In this document: one piece after another, positions 26,340-38,739 of the stretch
Numbering within the stretch: position 1 is the stretch's first letter
Layout: every line of letters starts with the position of its first letter
Assembly: GCA_030704615.1 (NCBI GenBank)
Contig: CM060731.1
Coordinates: 41,354,001 to 41,418,000, forward strand
DNA from: Takakia lepidozioides
Taxonomy: Eukaryota; Plantae; Bryophyta
Direction: 5' to 3'
DNA length: 64,000 bases
Notes under the pieces: generated by a model
What the model was told of the DNA's origin: nothing
Database searches by the model: none
What the model saw: the letters and a program-made list of their open reading frames with translations, nothing else
Made by a program: the position numbers and the translations under genes

Positions 26340-29222
26340 TCACCAGTAATCCCCACAAGAACAAACCCCGTCTTGGAAGTGGTGGAAGCGGTTGGCATCC
26401 CGAACAACAACTGCTCGTCCGACAACCTTCGAGATAAACTTGGTGGCAGTGTGGCAGTCACCACATACACGGAGGTTCTTTATAATGCGGATAGGGGTCT
26501 CAGGAGGCATGCTGATGAGCCCGAAAGCAATCGCCAGCTTCTCACTGTGGTAGCTAAGAGTAAACTCCTTTTGCACCTCCTCCACATCATATAATACAAA
26601 GCGCGTGTCAGGCACATATCCGACCTCCTTCATCCTTCCAAGCAATCTCTTCAGCTCAGTGTGGATTTCTTCAAGTTGTGGATGGGATTTGTCATCTACA
26701 AAAAATGTATGCACCTGGTTGCCAACCTCAATACAGCTGTGCCCTGGCTCCTTTCTGACACCTCTGTCTTCCATCATTTTCCGTACCTTTGCACTATCAT
26801 CCCACCTGCCCGCTGCAGCATAGATGTTGGATAGCAGCACATAAACTCCAGAATACTGGGGATCACACTGGAGAACACATTTTGCAGCACGTTCTGCTAC
26901 CTCCACATCACCATAAACTCTGCAGGCACCGAGCAAGGCCATCCACACCCCAGTATCTGGTTGAATTGGCATTCTGTTAATTAAGTACTCTGCCTCATGC
27001 AATTGTCCTGCACGACCAAGAAGGTCCACCATGCAGCCAAAATGCTCAACTGTGGGAGTGAGACCATGATCTCGACTCATGGAATCAAAGTAGTGACAAC
27101 CTTCATCCACCAGGCCCGCATGGCTACATGCAAAGAGAACAGATGTAAAGGTGATACTGCTTGGCTTCAAGCCTTCCCATAGCATTTGTTGAAATAGTCG
27201 CAAGGCCTCCCTACCACACCCATGCTGAGCATATCCTGCGATCATCGCACTCCATGAGACCACATCTCTTTCAGCCATATTGTAGAACACTTGACGTGCA
27301 TCTTTCATACTCCCACATTTGGCATACATGTCAGCCAGGGACGTCTCCAGGTTTATACATGACTCAATTCCAGCCCTAAGGATGTCAGAATGGACATCTT
27401 TGCCTTTTTCTAGGGCTCCTAAACTAGCACACGCATTGAGAATGCAAATGAACGTGACCCTGTTGGGTGTCTCTCCTCCCCACTGCATTTGGTCGTAGAT
27501 CTCACAAGCTTCCCTACCACGACCATGCTGAGTATACCCTGCAATCATCACACTCCAGGAGACCACATCTCGTTTGGTCATATTGTTAAACACTTGACAT
27601 GCCTCCTTTAACCTCCCGCATTTGCCATACATGTCGACAAGGGTATTCTCCAACTTTAGGTACGAAACAATCCCCGCTTTAATAATCTGGGCATGGACCT
27701 CTTTACCCATTTCCAGGGCTCCGAAGTCAGCACACACATTGAGCACACAAATGAACGTGACCCTATCGGGCAGTACCCCTTCTCGTTGCATTTCCTCATA
27801 GAGAGAGAAAGCCTCCCTACCACACCCATGCTGAGCATATCCTGCCATCATGGCATTCCATGAGACCACATCTCGTTCAGCCATATTATCAAACACTTTA
27901 CGCGCATCTGTCATGCTCCCACATTTCGCATACATGTCAACAAGGGTATTCTCTAAATTAATATATGAAACAATTCCAACTTTGATGATGTCAGTGTGGA
28001 CCTTTTTGCCTTTGTCCAGAGCTCCTAGGCTGGCACACGCATTGAGAATGCAAATAAATGTTACCTCGTCAGGTCTCACCCCTTCCCGTTGCATTTGCTC
28101 ATAGATTTCGAGAGCCTCCTTACCACACCCATGCAGAGCATATCCTGCAATCATTGCATTCCATGAGATTACATTTCTTTGAGCCATATTGTCAAATACT
28201 TCCCGCGCATCCTTTATGCTCCCACATTTAGCATACATGTCAGTGAGGGCAGTCTCGAGAACAAAACATGATGCAACTCCTGCTTTGATGATGTCAGCAT
28301 GGACCTGTTTGCCCCTTTCCAGGGCTCTTGGGATGGCACAGGCACTGAGAACGGAAATGAATGTGACCCTGTCGGGCATCACCCCTGCTCCTTGCATTTT
28401 CTCATAGCTCTCAAAAGCCTCTCGACCACACCCATGCTGAGCATATCCTGCGATCACAGTGTTCCAGGAGACCACATCCCGTTGCACCATACTGTTGAAC
28501 ATGTGACATGCATCCTGTATGCTCCCACATTTGGCATACATGTCGATAAGGCTATTCTCCAAATTTAGATATGACCCAATTCCAGCTTTAATGATGTCAG
28601 CATGGACTTTTTTACCCTGTTTTAGGGTACCTAGGCTGGCACACGCCTTGAGAATGCAAATGAATGTAACCCTGTTGGGCATCACCCCTTCCCGTTGCAT
28701 TTGCTCGTAGATCATAAAAGCCTCTCTTTCCCAACCTCGCTTGGCATATGCTGTTATCATTATATTCCACGTAAATATAGATCGTTCAGGCATTTTGTCA
28801 AACACTTGACGTGCAGTCACCACGCTTCCACACTTGGCATACATATTCACGAGGGTGTTCAGTAGAGAGGTTTGTGGCTTGAATCCGGTTTTCATAATGT
28901 GGGCATGCACCTTCCTTCCCTCTGCTAGGTCTTTCTTATTGATGCACTCCTGTAAGAGACAAACATAAATCTTGGAGTCTGCTCGAATGCAGTGTTCTTG
29001 ATTCAAAATATTCAGGGCCTCTTTCAGCTGCCCTGCCTTACATAGGGTCCTGACATCCTCACAAGGGCCAGCAGATTCTTTCTTGATTTCCTCTCTTGGT
29101 CCTCTTTCTAAGGCAGTGGCGATGATGGATGTACTACTGACATGAGTCTGCCATCCAACAGACAACCGTGCTGGACTCAAACCTGCCACTCTGCTCACCC
29201 AAAACACTTTGTTAACAAGCAT
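26340..29222 (-). CDS. PLS-class PPR protein with E1/E2/DYW domain (organellar C-to-U editing factor), intronless
   Basis: Regular P-L-S triplets, P2-L2-S2, E domains, PG box (PGHSCIE), HSEKLA, CGDCH and terminal DYW. First ATG is at 29222; the ORF track start at 29228 is GTG. Confidence 0.96.
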   Translation of the reverse strand: MLVNKVFWVSRVAGLSPARLSVGWQTHVSSTSIIATALERGPREEIKKESAGPCEDVRTLCKAGQLKEALNILNQEHCIRADSKIYVCLLQECINKKDLAEGRKVHAHIMKTGFKPQTSLLNTLVNMYAKCGSVVTARQVFDKMPERSIFTWNIMITAYAKRGWEREAFMIYEQMQREGVMPNRVTFICILKACASLGTLKQGKKVHADIIKAGIGSYLNLENSLIDMYAKCGSIQDACHMFNSMVQRDVVSWNTVIAGYAQHGCGREAFESYEKMQGAGVMPDRVTFISVLSACAIPRALERGKQVHADIIKAGVASCFVLETALTDMYAKCGSIKDAREVFDNMAQRNVISWNAMIAGYALHGCGKEALEIYEQMQREGVRPDEVTFICILNACASLGALDKGKKVHTDIIKVGIVSYINLENTLVDMYAKCGSMTDARKVFDNMAERDVVSWNAMMAGYAQHGCGREAFSLYEEMQREGVLPDRVTFICVLNVCADFGALEMGKEVHAQIIKAGIVSYLKLENTLVDMYGKCGRLKEACQVFNNMTKRDVVSWSVMIAGYTQHGRGREACEIYDQMQWGGETPNRVTFICILNACASLGALEKGKDVHSDILRAGIESCINLETSLADMYAKCGSMKDARQVFYNMAERDVVSWSAMIAGYAQHGCGREALRLFQQMLWEGLKPSSITFTSVLFACSHAGLVDEGCHYFDSMSRDHGLTPTVEHFGCMVDLLGRAGQLHEAEYLINRMPIQPDTGVWMALLGACRVYGDVEVAERAAKCVLQCDPQYSGVYVLLSNIYAAAGRWDDSAKVRKMMEDRGVRKEPGHSCIEVGNQVHTFFVDDKSHPQLEEIHTELKRLLGRMKEVGYVPDTRFVLYDVEEVQKEFTLSYHSEKLAIAFGLISMPPETPIRIIKNLRVCGDCHTATKFISKVVGRAVVVRDANRFHHFQDGVCSCGDYW

Positions 29223-30967
29223 TTGCACTCAATGCACATATCTTTGTGAAAACTCATAGATACTTCAAAGAAGAACCCTCCATGAGGACATTCTTCTTTG
29301 CTCACAATCCATGGTCACAAAACTACGGCAATCATTTGCTTAAAAAATAAACAGCACCAATCTGTCATTTTGAGCCTTGGATCATCATGAAAACAATACC
29401 TGGTGTGTGGAGCTCCATGGTGTATAGTATGTCCACCAGACTTTACTTGGCCTCGTATCATTGTAGCTACCTCTGCTTGCATATGTGGAGGGTTTGAACA
29501 ATTCTCAATCAGAGGACCTCTTTTGTTAGCCTATGGCTGAAATCCGGTGCTCTTGGGCTTTTCTATGAAAACCACAAATGTGCAGCTAAGCAGCCAAAGC
29601 ATTTCACAAGCCACAGCCTCCCACAGACCAGGAAATAGCACCATAGCTCCATCAGCATCGCTTCACACACAAGGCAAAGAGTTTGGACGGAGGACGTCAA
29701 TGCAAATATTTCGTCAATGGATAAATCCAACAATAAGAACCATGGCTGCAGGTGTGGAAGAAAACAATTTGAATTGTCATTTCTCAAAGGAGCTAAAATC
29801 ATTGCCCAGTCTACAGCAAATACTTCATCAAAAGAGCTTCACTCAGAAAAACATTGAAATGCCCCAGGTTGTGAGACCATGGGTGAGAGATGCATAAAGG
29901 AAATTGGAAAAGATAACAGACTTGTCCAGTATATTTGAGGAACCCAAATGCTTCGGTGACAATGGAGATAGCCTCACCTTATCAGACCACCACTCCCAAG
30001 GATATGAGAAGAAGGCATGCCCAAGCTGGACTATGCTTGTTTCCTGGCCTGCATCCACACATCCCTAAAATAGCTCAAATATTGTATGAGCCTTCTCGAG
30101 GAATGATAGTGTAAGTTTCCTATCGAACTCTCTTTCTCTATCGCTGAATTACTCTGACATAGTTCTTGGTTTATTCTCCCTTGTTCCATGGGCTCTATGG
30201 ATGTTATACGTTTATCTATTTCTCTCTCTCTCAAGCGGCATGACTGGCAGTTAAATGACAGCCACCATTGTGGATATGTCTCCAATAGGCCGGTAGAGCA
30301 GAAGTAGCAGAGCTGCTTCACCATCATGATTAGCCTGATGTCTACCCCAGTGGGACCATAGCAATGTAAGTCAAATCTGTCGGAACCGTAACTTTGAAGA
30401 GAGCTCAAAAACTGCTGGGTCTTTTCCGGGGACCAAGCGCAATTCGTGACAAAACTATCACCCTGCGGAGAAAACCTGGTGGGCCATCCTAAAAGCTGGG
30501 ATCGCATACTGCATTACTGATACAGGCAAGACATGCATATACGCCAAGAGGTGCATCTCCATACCTTCCTTCTGCTTTTCTGGGGGCTGGGGAGCCGTCA
30601 CAGCCATGGATGGCACTGGCAAGAGTCTCGAGCCGAGAATTGCAAAGCGGGATGCAGCCCACTTCAGCTCCACAGCCTGGCCTTTTAATATGCTCCCTGG
30701 AATGCCTCCCTCGCAATCCCCCTCCCAGGCTTCATCGCAAGGCGAAGAGACGGCAGTGAGTATGGCATCTTGTTGGGCGCAGGGCAGAGCGCAGGAGCAA
30801 GCTGCCATCGCTCTGCCTGCAAAAACATAACAAGGCCCAACCGAGCTGCACCCAAGAGTGATACTTTTGATATACTTTCGATGGAGTCCTTTTTGGACTT
30901 TTTAACAATTTTGCGTACCCACATACAGAGAAGGGGATTCTGATGAGACAGAACCGTCTTTTTGCAC

Positions 30968-31295
30968 GCCTCTCATTTTTGAATAAGTGGGAGTTATGTC
31001 GCGCGTGTGGGACAGGGCGCGCACGCCCGCACAGACGCGGGGTCGCCCACCCCCAGCTGCCAGCCGCACAGCGCGGTCGGCAGCCCCGCAGCCGCCCGCG
31101 GCCCCCGCCCGCCCGCTCTCGCCGCTGGGTCCGCCCGCCATCGGGTCTGCCCTTGCTGGGGTCGGCCCAAGCTCGGTCTGCGCATGTCGTCCGGCAGACC
31201 ACCCCAGACCGGCACCACAGACCCAGACCTATGTGGCGCGCATCTGCCCGTCCAGATCCGGTTTTATCCAGACCGTCCGGATTTAGGGCATGCCA
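30968..31295 (+). repeat. Left TIR of the MULE
   Basis: Reverse complement of 43165-43539 with indels; GC-rich. Confidence 0.9.
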
Positions 31296-32580
31296 TGGCA
31301 CTCGTCGATCTCCTCAGACCCCTTTTGTTTTTTTTTTTTTTCTCGTGTTGCTTGTTGTTGTTTGTTGTTTGTTGTTTGACTGTTTAGAACCAACAGACTG
31401 GGCGGTTGTGAAGAATCCCTTTGCATGACTCCATGGATCTCTGGCAACGTCGGAATCCATCGTTTCAAGCCACAGCCTCTTTTGTTCATATGCTTCTACT
31501 ATTTTTGCTTTGTTGTTCGCCTATTCGTGGGACTGTTTGAGCGCGGGGAAGTGAGTTACATTGAGTTTACAGTGCAGACTTGAATGGAAGTATTTAGGTC
31601 TTTGCTAACAAGTACGACTCATTTAGCGGACAGCAATTGAGAATCGGCCTTTCCCTTATCACATTGTCTTGTTTGAGGCTTGTCCTTCATATAGCATGTG
31701 TGGAATGGCATTGCAAAAATAGTGGAAGCATATGTGCATGGCTGGCTGTATAAAATTCTGATTTCCTCCCGAGTTCCGTCTCTTGGATGTTGTTTGTAGG
31801 TGGACCCATCGATGCAGGACGAAATGGGCATGTGTGGTGGAATTTTTTGTGCAACGAACCAGTGGACCTTCCAAGTGTTACCATGACAGTGCGGGGATGC
31901 AGAGACCCAGCCAGGGGACCATTGAAATGGTGAAACGGGTGGGAATTCATTGCAGACAGAGGGCAAACCAGATGGGCAGAGCAGGAGAAGAGAAGAGTGC
32001 ACCATGCCAGTCCAGACAAGAAGACCGAACCAACAGACCAGCCTGGAGAACTCTGGTCAGACCCCGACGGCAGACCGAGTGTAGACAATCTTTGCCTCAC
32101 GAATGCGACAGACCAGTGCCACAGACCCTTTTGGCCGACCCTTTTGGTGGAGACTTAGGGCAGACCATGGAAGTCCTTGGCGGCGGCCATTATTGTGCCT
32201 CCGGGACGTTTGATGTTTCGACGGCAGTCCAATGGCCGACGTGCATGGCCTCGGCGGTCGCACGCGTGCTCCTGTCACGCTTAGCAGTGAGCCGTTACGT
32301 TGGGGTCCTCGCATCTTCCTCCTCTTGCGTCTTTCGCGTCTCTCCACTTTGCGACTGCACGGTATGTTGCGCTTTGCGGTTCCTGCCTCTTCGACTCGAT
32401 GATTCGTTTGTAGCGCCCGCCCGCTCTTCAAAGGCCGCATGCCCGTCGTTGCCGAAATGCAAAGGTATCAACTTCACCAGACTTCTTCACCGCCAGACCT
32501 TCATTTCCTTTTTTTGTTTGCTCTTCTTCATTTGCATTTAGCAGACTGTCTCTAACACAATTCCTCCTTAGGTTGCAGCC

Positions 32581-35500
32581 ATGGAAGAAGCTTGCCCAGA
32601 GGGCGGAGCCGATTTGGTGGAATATGTGCATGCCCCTCGCCACAAAGCCAAGAGAAGGTACCGGTATGAGCCAAGTGAGTATGATGCTAAAATAGTAGAA
32701 GCATTTTTGGATTTGCGCGTAGCGGAGGAGAAAGAGAATTGGCCAAAGGATCAGTTTCAGTGCCCCTTTTGCCCCGATATTGTCAAGGACAAAGAGACTC
32801 TAAACCGCCATGCCCTTGATGGAGGATGCAAAGGTATGGTCCCTGAGAACTTCAAGCCTTGGCCCAAGCCAAGTTCGTCTAAGGCCGCAAAAGAAATCAC
32901 TGCAAAGTGTAGGGGTGCGCATGTCGTCGCTCGGTCTGCTGAGGAAGTGCGGCAGCGTTATTACACTGAAGCCGGCCTGCTAAGCCCCGGCCTCGTTGTG
33001 ACAGTGAAGAAAAGGAAGCTCAGTGATAAAGCTAAAAAAAAATGTAGACCGCAAAAGTCACAGATCTGGCAGTACCAGTACTGGTAGACCACGGGATATG
33101 AGAGTGAGTAGCAAAGAATTGCAACTAGGTCAGTCCCAGCAGACCAACACCAGCAGACCACAGGCTGCCGTTTCAACTTTATCGTCCAGTGGGGATGACT
33201 CAAGTAAGGAAGACTCTCATGAAGATGAGGATCATGTTCAGAACATGTCGACAGAGCGGCCGAGACTACTTGTGAGACCGTACTTGGTGAACGACCCCAT
33301 TGGGTACGCCCCGCTGGTACATGACATAACCCTTAACTCGAACATCCCCATAGAGGAATCACACCCTCAAACAGACCCACGACGCCCACCACATATCAGA
33401 CCCAACAAGCAGACCAAGAAACAGCAGACCCTGACTGAGGTTCATGGAGATGTAACGAGCACCCCTGTCCGCCCTGGCACATTGTACCTGCTTCCCCACG
33501 GTCTTCTGCCAAACCAGTACCCAGATGAATCAGATCCGGACTTTTTCCCTTTTTTGTATGCTTATGTGAGATCAGGGCAGATACAGCAGACCATTGACAC
33601 AGCCGAGAAGAAGTGGGTGGAGGCACGATCACACCCAAGGGATGAAGACTATAACGGCCTCCAGGTACTTCAACCACTCTTTCTGTCGTCCTACCGTATT
33701 TGAGTCTTTCGATTTGCTATGCTGGGTGTTGTATGTATGGCCCGCTGCTGTCGGTCTACTGTTCTGGGTCTCCTATTCTGTACATGGTACTGCATTACTT
33801 GTTCTGGTTGTGGTCTGCTCTATAGGTCCAGAACCGTGCGACTACTTTCCCCTGTTGCAAATCATAGTGTTTTATTATTATTATTATATATGTGGTCTGT
33901 TGCGAACCGTCTACCGTTTTGGGTCTGCTTTGCGCAACATGGTACTGCAGTTGCTTTGAAAGACGCACTACTGTCGTGGCTGTGGTCTGCTGCATGGGTC
34001 CACGGCTATGGTCTACTAATATGCTCTACTGGTCTACTGTAATGGTCTACTGGTGTATGGTCTACTGGTCTGCTGTCAGGCCAAATCTACTAGTCTATGG
34101 TCTACTGCTCTATGGTCTACTGGTCTAATGTGAAGGCCAATATTGCTGTTTGTTTTCAGGAGGCGAATGCGCAAGACAACCGAGTGTATAGGGCTTTGCA
34201 AATCTGGAAGTACAGGTTGAACGGTCCTCCCTTGGAAAATACACCTGTCCGGAATGAGGTCCGTGACATTCGTGACTACATCCTGAGTCTGTATCCACAG
34301 TCGGCTGATGCCATTGCATCAATTCAGGATGGTACCACTGGTCTGCTGTAAAGGCTTTTGACAGCGCCGGTCAAACTAGCAGACCCGGCTTAGTGGACCT
34401 TTCTTCCGTGACCCGTCCTCCAGTGGACCTTCGTACCTCTTCAGCAGACCCTCAGCAGACCACATTGCGTGGTCGAACTGTTTTCCCATTTGGCAGACCA
34501 TGGCGTCCTCCACCTGCAACTAATGAGGATAACCCCACTCTTCCGAAGTTTTGTTGTGGGGAAAGCAATCGGCATCTGGACTGGTACAATGAGCTTCACC
34601 GCATCGTCGTCTCCCGGTGGACCTTTGCTCCGCAGCACTCCTCAATGGAGTTCACGGCGGAGGAGGCGACTCGTGTTTTGCACAAAGCCCGTGAGTATGG
34701 AGTGGCGCTTCTGGCAGAGGAGACCGAGCCACCGCTTATTGCGCAGCTCTTTCTCATGCACGACCCACGCCCACTAGAGATAAGGCACATGGCCATCGCC
34801 CACCCAATATTTGGTGTTCGTCCGAAGCACTTAGCGAGCTTGACAAAGACTACTTTTGAAGAGATGGCACATTGTTTCCTCCGCCGTCAATGGATGCAAT
34901 TTGGCAATTTCAGGTCTTACACCAAATTAAAAAAAGACCTTCACAACTTGCGGATGGACCTGCTGCACGGAAGCGAAGAGGCTCGGGAAAGTATCATCCA
35001 AGACGCCATGATGTGGTTTGCGACTGTGCAGGAGCGTGCGGTTTTCGACATTGCATTCAACAAACGACATGCTTTCCAAGTGCTCTGGAGCGGGTTTCTA
35101 GCAGAGGACCGTGTTGCAGCTCTGGGAGAGCTTGACGAGGCCTTCATGGATCGGCTTATGAAAGATATTGGGTTGTGGACCACAGTCCTAGATCATGGTA
35201 TGTCATCAGACCTAACAGACCTTGTTAACAGACCTTTTACACCGACCTTTTAAACAAACCTTTTACACAGACCTTTGGAATAGACCTTTGGAACAGACTT
35301 TTTAAACAGACCTTGACGTTGACCACGAAGGAAGACCTTCTAGCAGACTTTATGAACCATGACAACCAACAGAGCCCCATGTGAATCAAACCCCAATGTA
35401 TTCTTCCGTTTGTTAGCAGACCAGGGATGAGTGCTTTGTTTTTGACGTGTTTGTGACATGTTGCAGAGTATGATCCAGAGGACGAGCTTGTTCGGAATGC

Positions 35501-38500
35501 TCTTGACCAATACGCCAATGGCGCAAGACAGCTTCTACGAGCCCTCTGTGGCCATACTGGAGTCGAGTCACCCGTTAAGTGTAGGCTCATTGGAGTTCGT
35601 ACAACAACAGACACACAGAACCCAACTCCCATGGAGACCCAGGAGACCCGCAGCGAGCAGACTGTGGAGCGAGCAGACCCTTCCCAGCCAAATCCCAAGT
35701 ACTGACATGCCAACCAGCAGACCCCCGACTAGATTGCCAGTGATCCCAAGCCAGAGAATGTAGGTGACAAAAACTTTTCGTTGCCAAAACAGACTTTCGT
35801 GGAGGCATTGCACACCTTACCCGAAATTATCGGGGAGACCTTGGTTATGCAGACCTTTGCAGATAACAACTTCTAGATCGGACATGGGCAGACCTTTCCA
35901 GATCAGCGGGCACCCATCACCTTGGCAAAGCAGACCGCTGCAGTGGAAATCAGACCTGAGCAGACCAGTGCAGGCCAGAGCACACCACAGCAGACCCGAC
36001 AAGACCAGACACGACCAGACCACACCAAATCAGACTAGACCACCCCACACCAGACAAGACAAGACCAGACCACAGAAGACCAGACCACAGCAGACCAGAC
36101 CACAGCGCAGGACTCCAGACGATCCGAGTGCACAACAGACCATACCCCAAAAGACCAGAGGATACCAGACCACACCAGACCACACCAGACCGTCTCAGAG
36201 CAGACATTTCCCGACCAGTGCAGACCTGATCAGACCTTGCTGGAGCAGAGGAGAGAAGATCAGACCTTGCCGGAGGACACCCTGGCTGGTACATTGCTTG
36301 ACAAATGCACCGCAGAAGTGCATCGCGACGCAGGTATGGACGCCGACACCTCACCATTCTAACATCAGCAGACCTTGCCAGTGCAGGACATCAGACGCCC
36401 ATCCTCCCTGGCACATACGAGTTGCCGAAAATGAGAGGATCAATTCTTTTCCCCCCCACTGCGACATCTGTTGAGAAGCAGAGAATGGTAGTGGACCTTA
36501 CCCTTGTCACTAGACCTTCTGACACAGCACTGCCTGAACAGAACCGGGAAGGCGTCAGTGCTCATTTATCCATAGTACAGACCAATTCTGCAATTGCAAC
36601 AATGGACTATGACTGTGACAGTTTGGTCGGTGACCTTCCCCATCTGTTAGAGGTAAGGTCAATTGCAGATGAGGATGAATCTTTGGCCATTTTGTCGCTT
36701 ACTTTTGTGGACCCCGACTCGTCTGTAGACCCACTACTGGCAATAGACCAATCCGTTGATAGGGTGCTCCGCATGTTCGACCCCATAGCAGACCAGTTAT
36801 CAGACCTTGTCAAAACACATGTACATGTTTCTGTCCCTTCTCATTCTGTGGAACCAGTCACTGTAGTCAAAGATGTACCTGCCACATGAGAGGTGCAATT
36901 GCAGACACCCACAGCGCTCACAAAGGTCTGATTTCATTGCATTTCTGCAGTCCATTTTTTTTTCCCAGTGCATTTGGGTGGTCATTGCTGATGTTTTGTT
37001 GTCTGATATTTGTGTGAAGGTTGTGGCGTCTGAGGTCTCAGCTCGTGGTCCGTCGCAGGTGCTCAACATGCGGTCAAGCACAAAGGGTGTACCAGTAGTG
37101 ATAACCCCCACCGTAGGGGCCAGTTCGACCCATGGAGTGCAGGAAGCGTCTAGAACGGGACCACAAAGTGTTAACAAACCCCAGGACAAAATTTTGTTGC
37201 GAAGCCGAGCTAGCCAGCTCCGGGAGGGTATGAAGGAGGCGGCTGTTGCATTGGAAAAGAAGTTGGAGGAACCTGCTTCACCAAATAGAGCTGGGAAGAA
37301 GCGCATACCAGATGGCGTGGCAGACCCGAGGCTAAAAACAATTTCCCTCCAAAAAGGTGTTGCAAAAAAACCGAAGTCCGGAGTATACATGAGTGCTGAC
37401 CGGAAGGTCTGCTTGGAAGTGGAGAGCGAAGTTGCGGAGCTGCGTAACAAACAAAAGTAAGTGTCGTTGGTCTGCTTGCGATGCTCTGAACACACCAAGT
37501 CTATGGGTCTGCAGCAAAAAGGTTGTATGGGTCTGCTTCATGGGTCTGTTGGGTTAGATGTGGTTGCCGTTCGTCCGCTCCATTGGCCTGCTCCGTTGGT
37601 CTGGTCCTTGGGTTTGGAACCGTATCCGTTGTAGGTCTGGTCCTTTTGGGTCCGCCAGCCCGGTTCTTAAAGGGTTTTTCCGAGTTTGTGCAGGTTCATT
37701 GCCCGATTTGGCTCCACTTTCAACGCACATATCTCTGAGGGAAAAGCAATGCTGTACTTTTTTGAAAACGACCCGCAGTTTGAGTGCAGTATTTCCACCA
37801 AGGACCTCAAATCGCCAGAGAAACAGGAATCTGAGGTTACAGACCGATTGCTTGAGTTGTGGTGTAGGTTTTATCAGAAGGATCTGGATGTCAAGACATA
37901 TAATGATGTTGTTATTTTGCCGACGTGGGTTTGGAGTGTAGTGAAGATTCACTGGAGTGCAGGTCAGGAACGGGTTTGCTCGCAGGTGGAGCACGGATTG
38001 ACAGTGCATCGTATGGGGAAGGACCTGAAGACCTGCAAGTACATACTGGTACCAATAGTTGATGGGTAAGTGCTCTGCGTTCGTGCGTACCACTGTTTCT
38101 CTGCCCTTTATCATTGGTTCACCATCACTGGTCTGCAACATTGGTCTGCCCAGGTCTACCAGTCTGCTCAATGGGTCTGCCATTTTGATTTTAGCTGTTC
38201 CCTTGTGCTGATGCGCCCTGTGTTGTGGCAGGTATCATTGGAGTTTGGTGATTATTGACCGGGTGCTCCGCGTGTTCACTCATCTAAACTCAATCAAGGA
38301 GATGCACAAACCCGTGGAGATATTGCCATGGGTTCGAAATGTGTATGGAGCATGTCTCGGCTTGGAGCCGCACACTACGTTGTGGGACGAGGCCACTGGA
38401 TTCAATTTTTATGTCCCTGAAGTGCCACAACAACCCTTCTCTTGGGAATGTGGCTTTTACGTCATGTCCTTTATCGAGGGGTTCTACGACTGGTTGAAGG

Positions 38501-38728
38501 GCGATCGTGGCAAAGGACTTAGAGAGAGAGGAAAGCCGTTTTACCTCAAAGTGGTTTACATTCCGCTATGCTTGCAGGCAACGCCTAAAGTGTGTTGAGT
38601 ACATTTTGAAAGCACTCAGGACTATGGAGAATGTAGTTGTAGAAATACAGTTGTCATCTAGGAAGATTTCGGACGTGTCAGACTCTTCCGAAGTCCGGGT
38701 TATTTCATCTAGGCCTGGCAATAAATGA
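32581..38728 (+). pseudogene. MULE accessory gene: N-terminal CxxC...H...C Zn-finger-like, unknown helical region, QT-rich linker, SIM-like motif, C-terminal Ulp1/C48 SUMO protease. Approximate exons 32581-33664, 34160-35197, 35467-36924, 37020-37456, 37694-38065, 38232-38728
   Basis: C48 motifs YILVPIVDG|YHWSLVII..HLNS..PQQPFSWECGFYVMSFIE with GT-AG junctions. Disabled by frameshifts (A9 at about 33034, about 34340, about 38530) and in-frame stops. Confidence 0.75.
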
Positions 38729-38739
38729 AAATTCACTCA

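Noticed and set aside
26340-26760. U-to-C (KP-type) editing domain
   Set aside because: The PG box, HSE and terminal DYW indicate the conventional C-to-U type.
29547-30830. ORFs of 116-158 aa upstream of the PPR gene
   Set aside because: No recognisable domain or consistent splice structure.
30732-31428. Several overlapping 100-190 aa Arg/Gly/Pro-rich ORFs (mirrored at 42914-43562)
   Set aside because: They are artefacts of the GC-rich TIRs.
35764-36474. 236-aa TRP-repeat ORF
   Set aside because: It is an off-frame reading of the CAGACC repeats; the QT-rich frame fits the accessory gene better.
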